From the NCBI GenBank assembly GCA_024399755.1, contig JAKSNN010000001.1:1-46450 (forward strand): 46,450 nt of DNA, given 5' to 3'. The notes under the pieces were generated by a model. It was given only the letters and a program-made list of their open reading frames with translations. It was not told the DNA's origin and did no database searches. The translations under genes were made by a program, and so were the position numbers. Shown in pieces: positions 44,091-46,450 of the stretch. Every line of letters starts with the position of its first letter. The stretch's first letter is position 1. The DNA is from Paludibacteraceae bacterium. GTDB lineage: Bacteria; Bacteroidota; Bacteroidia; Bacteroidales; Paludibacteraceae.

Positions 44091-45107
44091 ATGACAAAGT
44101 TTCGATATATGTTTCTGTGCGCGATTCTTTTGCATGGATTCTTGTCCTGCGACCGGGACGACGATCCGACAAGACGTATTGCCGAAACCGGTGACGCTAC
44201 AGACATTACGGCATTTACCGCTAAAATTTCCGGTTATTGCAATCAAAAGAATGTTGCAGGACTATCTGTAACCTATGGAATAGAATATACCAATACAGAT
44301 CTTACAAGAAACGCTATCGTTCTGAATGCCTCTGAAATGGACGAGAAGGGTCGTTTTTCGGTTGATATTGAAAATCTGAATCCGGGAACAGAATATTTCT
44401 ACCGTACATTTGTCTTTTACAACAGGGCTTATTCATTCGGAAATGTGGAGAGTTTTACGACATTGGCGCATCCTGAGCCGGAAAAGGTGGACTTGGGTGT
44501 GGGCGTCAAGTGGGCTTCGTTCAACATAAGTGCACCTGCTCCTGCTGATTATGGGAAATATTACTCATGGGGAGAGATTAGAACCAAGTCCTTCTATGCA
44601 TGGGAGTCCTACCTGTGGAGTGCAGACGGAACGGAATCCAACATAACAAAATACAATTCTGCGGATAACAAAAACCGCCTTACCTCGGACGATGATGTTG
44701 CTACACACGAACTTGGCGGTTCATGGCGTATGCCTACCGCTAAAGAGTTTGATAAACTGGTTGCCGGTTGTTATTGGCAATGGTTTGAGAACTACAAAAA
44801 TTCAGGGATAAAAGGCTACGTGGTATTTAAGGCAAAAAATGATGGAGACCGGGGAAAAAGGAACTCTGAAACTATTTCTGCATCTTATTCGCCGGACAAG
44901 GATGTCCACATCTTCCTTCCGGCTGCCGGATATGCTTCAAAAGATGTATTTAGTGATATTGGAAGCAACGGCAATTATTGGACATCATCTCTTTCCCCTT
45001 CGACATCAAGCAGCGCTTATTACATCTATTTTGATTCCGAAAACATAGGGGTAGGTGAGTGCGAGAAACGCTATTATGGACAGTCCGTCCGTCCTGTCTC
45101 TGATTGA
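44091..45107 (+). CDS. Lipoprotein: Fn3-like domain + FISUMP/DUF1566-like domain, paralogue 1
   Basis: Lipobox HGFLSC followed by DRDDD. Fn3-like NLNPGTEYFYRTFV, then GVKWASFNI...YYSWGE...WRMPTAKEF...FLPAAGY...GQSVRPVSD. The ATG at 44091 is preferred. Confidence 0.7.
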   Translation: MTKFRYMFLCAILLHGFLSCDRDDDPTRRIAETGDATDITAFTAKISGYCNQKNVAGLSVTYGIEYTNTDLTRNAIVLNASEMDEKGRFSVDIENLNPGTEYFYRTFVFYNRAYSFGNVESFTTLAHPEPEKVDLGVGVKWASFNISAPAPADYGKYYSWGEIRTKSFYAWESYLWSADGTESNITKYNSADNKNRLTSDDDVATHELGGSWRMPTAKEFDKLVAGCYWQWFENYKNSGIKGYVVFKAKNDGDRGKRNSETISASYSPDKDVHIFLPAAGYASKDVFSDIGSNGNYWTSSLSPSTSSSAYYIYFDSENIGVGECEKRYYGQSVRPVSD

Positions 45108-45131
45108 CAAATCGAAAAACCATCAATCAAT

Positions 45132-46226
45132 ATGAAAAAAGTTATTTTATTAATGTGTCTTGTTGTCACGTTGGTTTCGTGTGAAAAATCCGATTTAGGA
45201 AACTCTGACATTGCCGAAACAGGTGTAGTCGTAGAGTTGGGCGCTTTTTCTGCCAAAATCCAAGGTGTTTGCCGACAAAAGCCGGAGAAGGCTTTGTCTG
45301 TCATCTATGGCATTGAATATTCTGAGAACGATCTCAACACCAATGCGACCGACGTTGAGGCAACACAAATAAGTGCTGATGGCAAATTTGACGTTTGCAT
45401 TGATGGACTGACGGCAAATACGTCATACTACTATCGTGCTTATGTGTTATTCAACAAAGTCTATTATTTCGGTGATATCAAGACTTTTGTCACGTCTTCA
45501 CACCCGCAGCCGGAAAAGGTGGATTTAGGTGTGGGCGTCAAATGGGCGTCATGCAACATAAGTGCCTCTTCACCGGAGGAAGTTGGAAAATATTATGCGT
45601 GGGGTGAGACTAAGCCCAAATCGTTTTATAGTTGGGGTACATACGTTTGGTGTAAAGATGGACAGGAACTGCAACTGACGAAATATGTTCCTGCTTCTGC
45701 TCCGGAATACTGGTTTGGCGATGGTCCCGTTGACAACAAACTCGTGCTTGATCCTGAAGATGATGTCGCCCGTAAGGAACTCGGCGATTCGTGGCGTATG
45801 CCTACTATTGAAGAATTTGGCGATTTGGTATCGGAATGTTTCTGGCAATGGTGTACCGACTACAAAGGTTCCGGCGTCCGTGGATATATTGTTTTCAAGG
45901 CAAAGACTCCTGAGGATAGGGGGAAGAGACAATCTCCGGAATATACGGAAGATATAGTGACGGGGGACTATTCCGTAGATAATGATGTCCACATCTTTCT
46001 TCCCGCTGCTGGGTTCCGTTGGGACGATGTTACGATGGGGGACAAAGGAGATGTGGTTTTGGGGTACTACAGATCGTCTTCTCTTCAGGCAGTAGGTATT
46101 CCCAATTATGCCAATGGTACTCCCAATTATGCAGTTGATATGTGTTTCAGTGTCTTCTATACAGATACTGCCGATTATTACGAGCGTTGTTTCGCAATGC
46201 CCATTCGGGCTGTAGCGGATTATTGA
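45132..46226 (+). CDS. Lipoprotein: Fn3-like domain + FISUMP/DUF1566-like domain, paralogue 2
   Basis: Lipobox TLVSC followed by EKSD. Same architecture as paralogue 1, with a divergent and longer C-terminal third. Confidence 0.7.
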   Translation: MKKVILLMCLVVTLVSCEKSDLGNSDIAETGVVVELGAFSAKIQGVCRQKPEKALSVIYGIEYSENDLNTNATDVEATQISADGKFDVCIDGLTANTSYYYRAYVLFNKVYYFGDIKTFVTSSHPQPEKVDLGVGVKWASCNISASSPEEVGKYYAWGETKPKSFYSWGTYVWCKDGQELQLTKYVPASAPEYWFGDGPVDNKLVLDPEDDVARKELGDSWRMPTIEEFGDLVSECFWQWCTDYKGSGVRGYIVFKAKTPEDRGKRQSPEYTEDIVTGDYSVDNDVHIFLPAAGFRWDDVTMGDKGDVVLGYYRSSSLQAVGIPNYANGTPNYAVDMCFSVFYTDTADYYERCFAMPIRAVADY

Positions 46227-46267
46227 TGTGTGCCACTTCGAACCCTCATAGTCCCCTCATAGATTTT

Positions 46268-46302
46268 AATCACCAATCACAAATAACAAATCACAAATCA
46301 AA
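46268..46302. repeat. 5 x 7-bp tandem repeat AATCACA-like
   Basis: Units at 46268, 46275, 46282, 46289 and 46296, the same family as 39248-39310. Confidence 0.85.
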
Positions 46303-46324
46303 AAAGCGCTTTCGGGCGCTTTTC
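46301..46324 (+). terminator. Rho-independent terminator closing the lipoprotein cluster
   Basis: AAAAAGCGCT-TTCG-GGCGCTTTT. Confidence 0.75.
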
Positions 46325-46325
46325 C

Positions 46326-46356
46326 TTGTATATATCCGAAATTTTTAGTACCTTTG
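46326..46356 (+). promoter_or_regulatory. Bacteroidota-type promoter for a gene beyond the window
   Basis: TTG (46326-46328), 20 nt, TACCTTTG (46349-46356). Confidence 0.55.
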
Positions 46357-46450
46357 CAGCCGGAAGTCGAAGTATCTTCGTGCAAGTCCGTTGTGACTTA
46401 ATTTCTGGCATATTTGTCAAAGGTGTTCCAAAGGTGAAGATAAGGTGATG

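Noticed and set aside
44091-46226. The FISUMP/DUF1566-like paralogues as targets of a diversity-generating retroelement.
   Set aside because: The window has no reverse transcriptase, no template repeat and no adenine-specific mismatch pattern that I could identify. The divergence looks like ordinary paralogue drift.

Overview
This is a 46.45-kb chromosomal segment, about 90% coding, that reads as Bacteroidota, probably a Prevotella/Bacteroides-like organism. At least 12 intergenic sites fit the Bacteroides-type promoter TTG-N20-TAnnTTTG, and many products carry lipoprotein or SPI signals. Positions 1-40.2 kb are mainly housekeeping. In order they hold pckA, a Xer-type recombinase, two tandem deoxynucleoside kinases, secreted EEP and SGNH hydrolases, an orphan OmpR-type response regulator, ansA, pepD, rpe and ComEC-xseA-ComEA-like. 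A long minus-strand envelope/replication block follows (two SurA-like chaperones, OstA-like, OM beta-barrel, dnaG, radical SAM, MurG-like GT), then ribD and an S9-type hydrolase. After that comes a tightly coupled plus-strand chain dxs-trkA-trkH-SGNH-MBOAT-coaE, then rlmH, nadC, an SGNH-like and a LAS/M15-like lipoprotein, a UvrD/PcrA helicase and a GT2. The last 6 kb (40.2-46.2 kb) is an accessory-looking all-lipoprotein cluster. It holds two tiny lipoprotein genes sharing an identical 96-nt 5' block, a BMP-like binding lipoprotein, a periplasmic-binding-domain::legumain (C13) fusion, and two Fn3 + FISUMP/DUF1566-like paralogues. The most notable non-coding signal is a ~110-125-bp module built of two helically phased 11-bp direct-repeat arrays. 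It occurs twice in inverted orientation (24.8 kb and 40.2 kb), each time ~65 nt upstream of the -7 box of a secreted-peptidase locus. Many other intergenic gaps carry 7-bp or 10-11-bp tandem repeats. No rRNA, tRNA, CRISPR, transposase or phage genes were seen. All family assignments are motif recognition by eye, not database searches.
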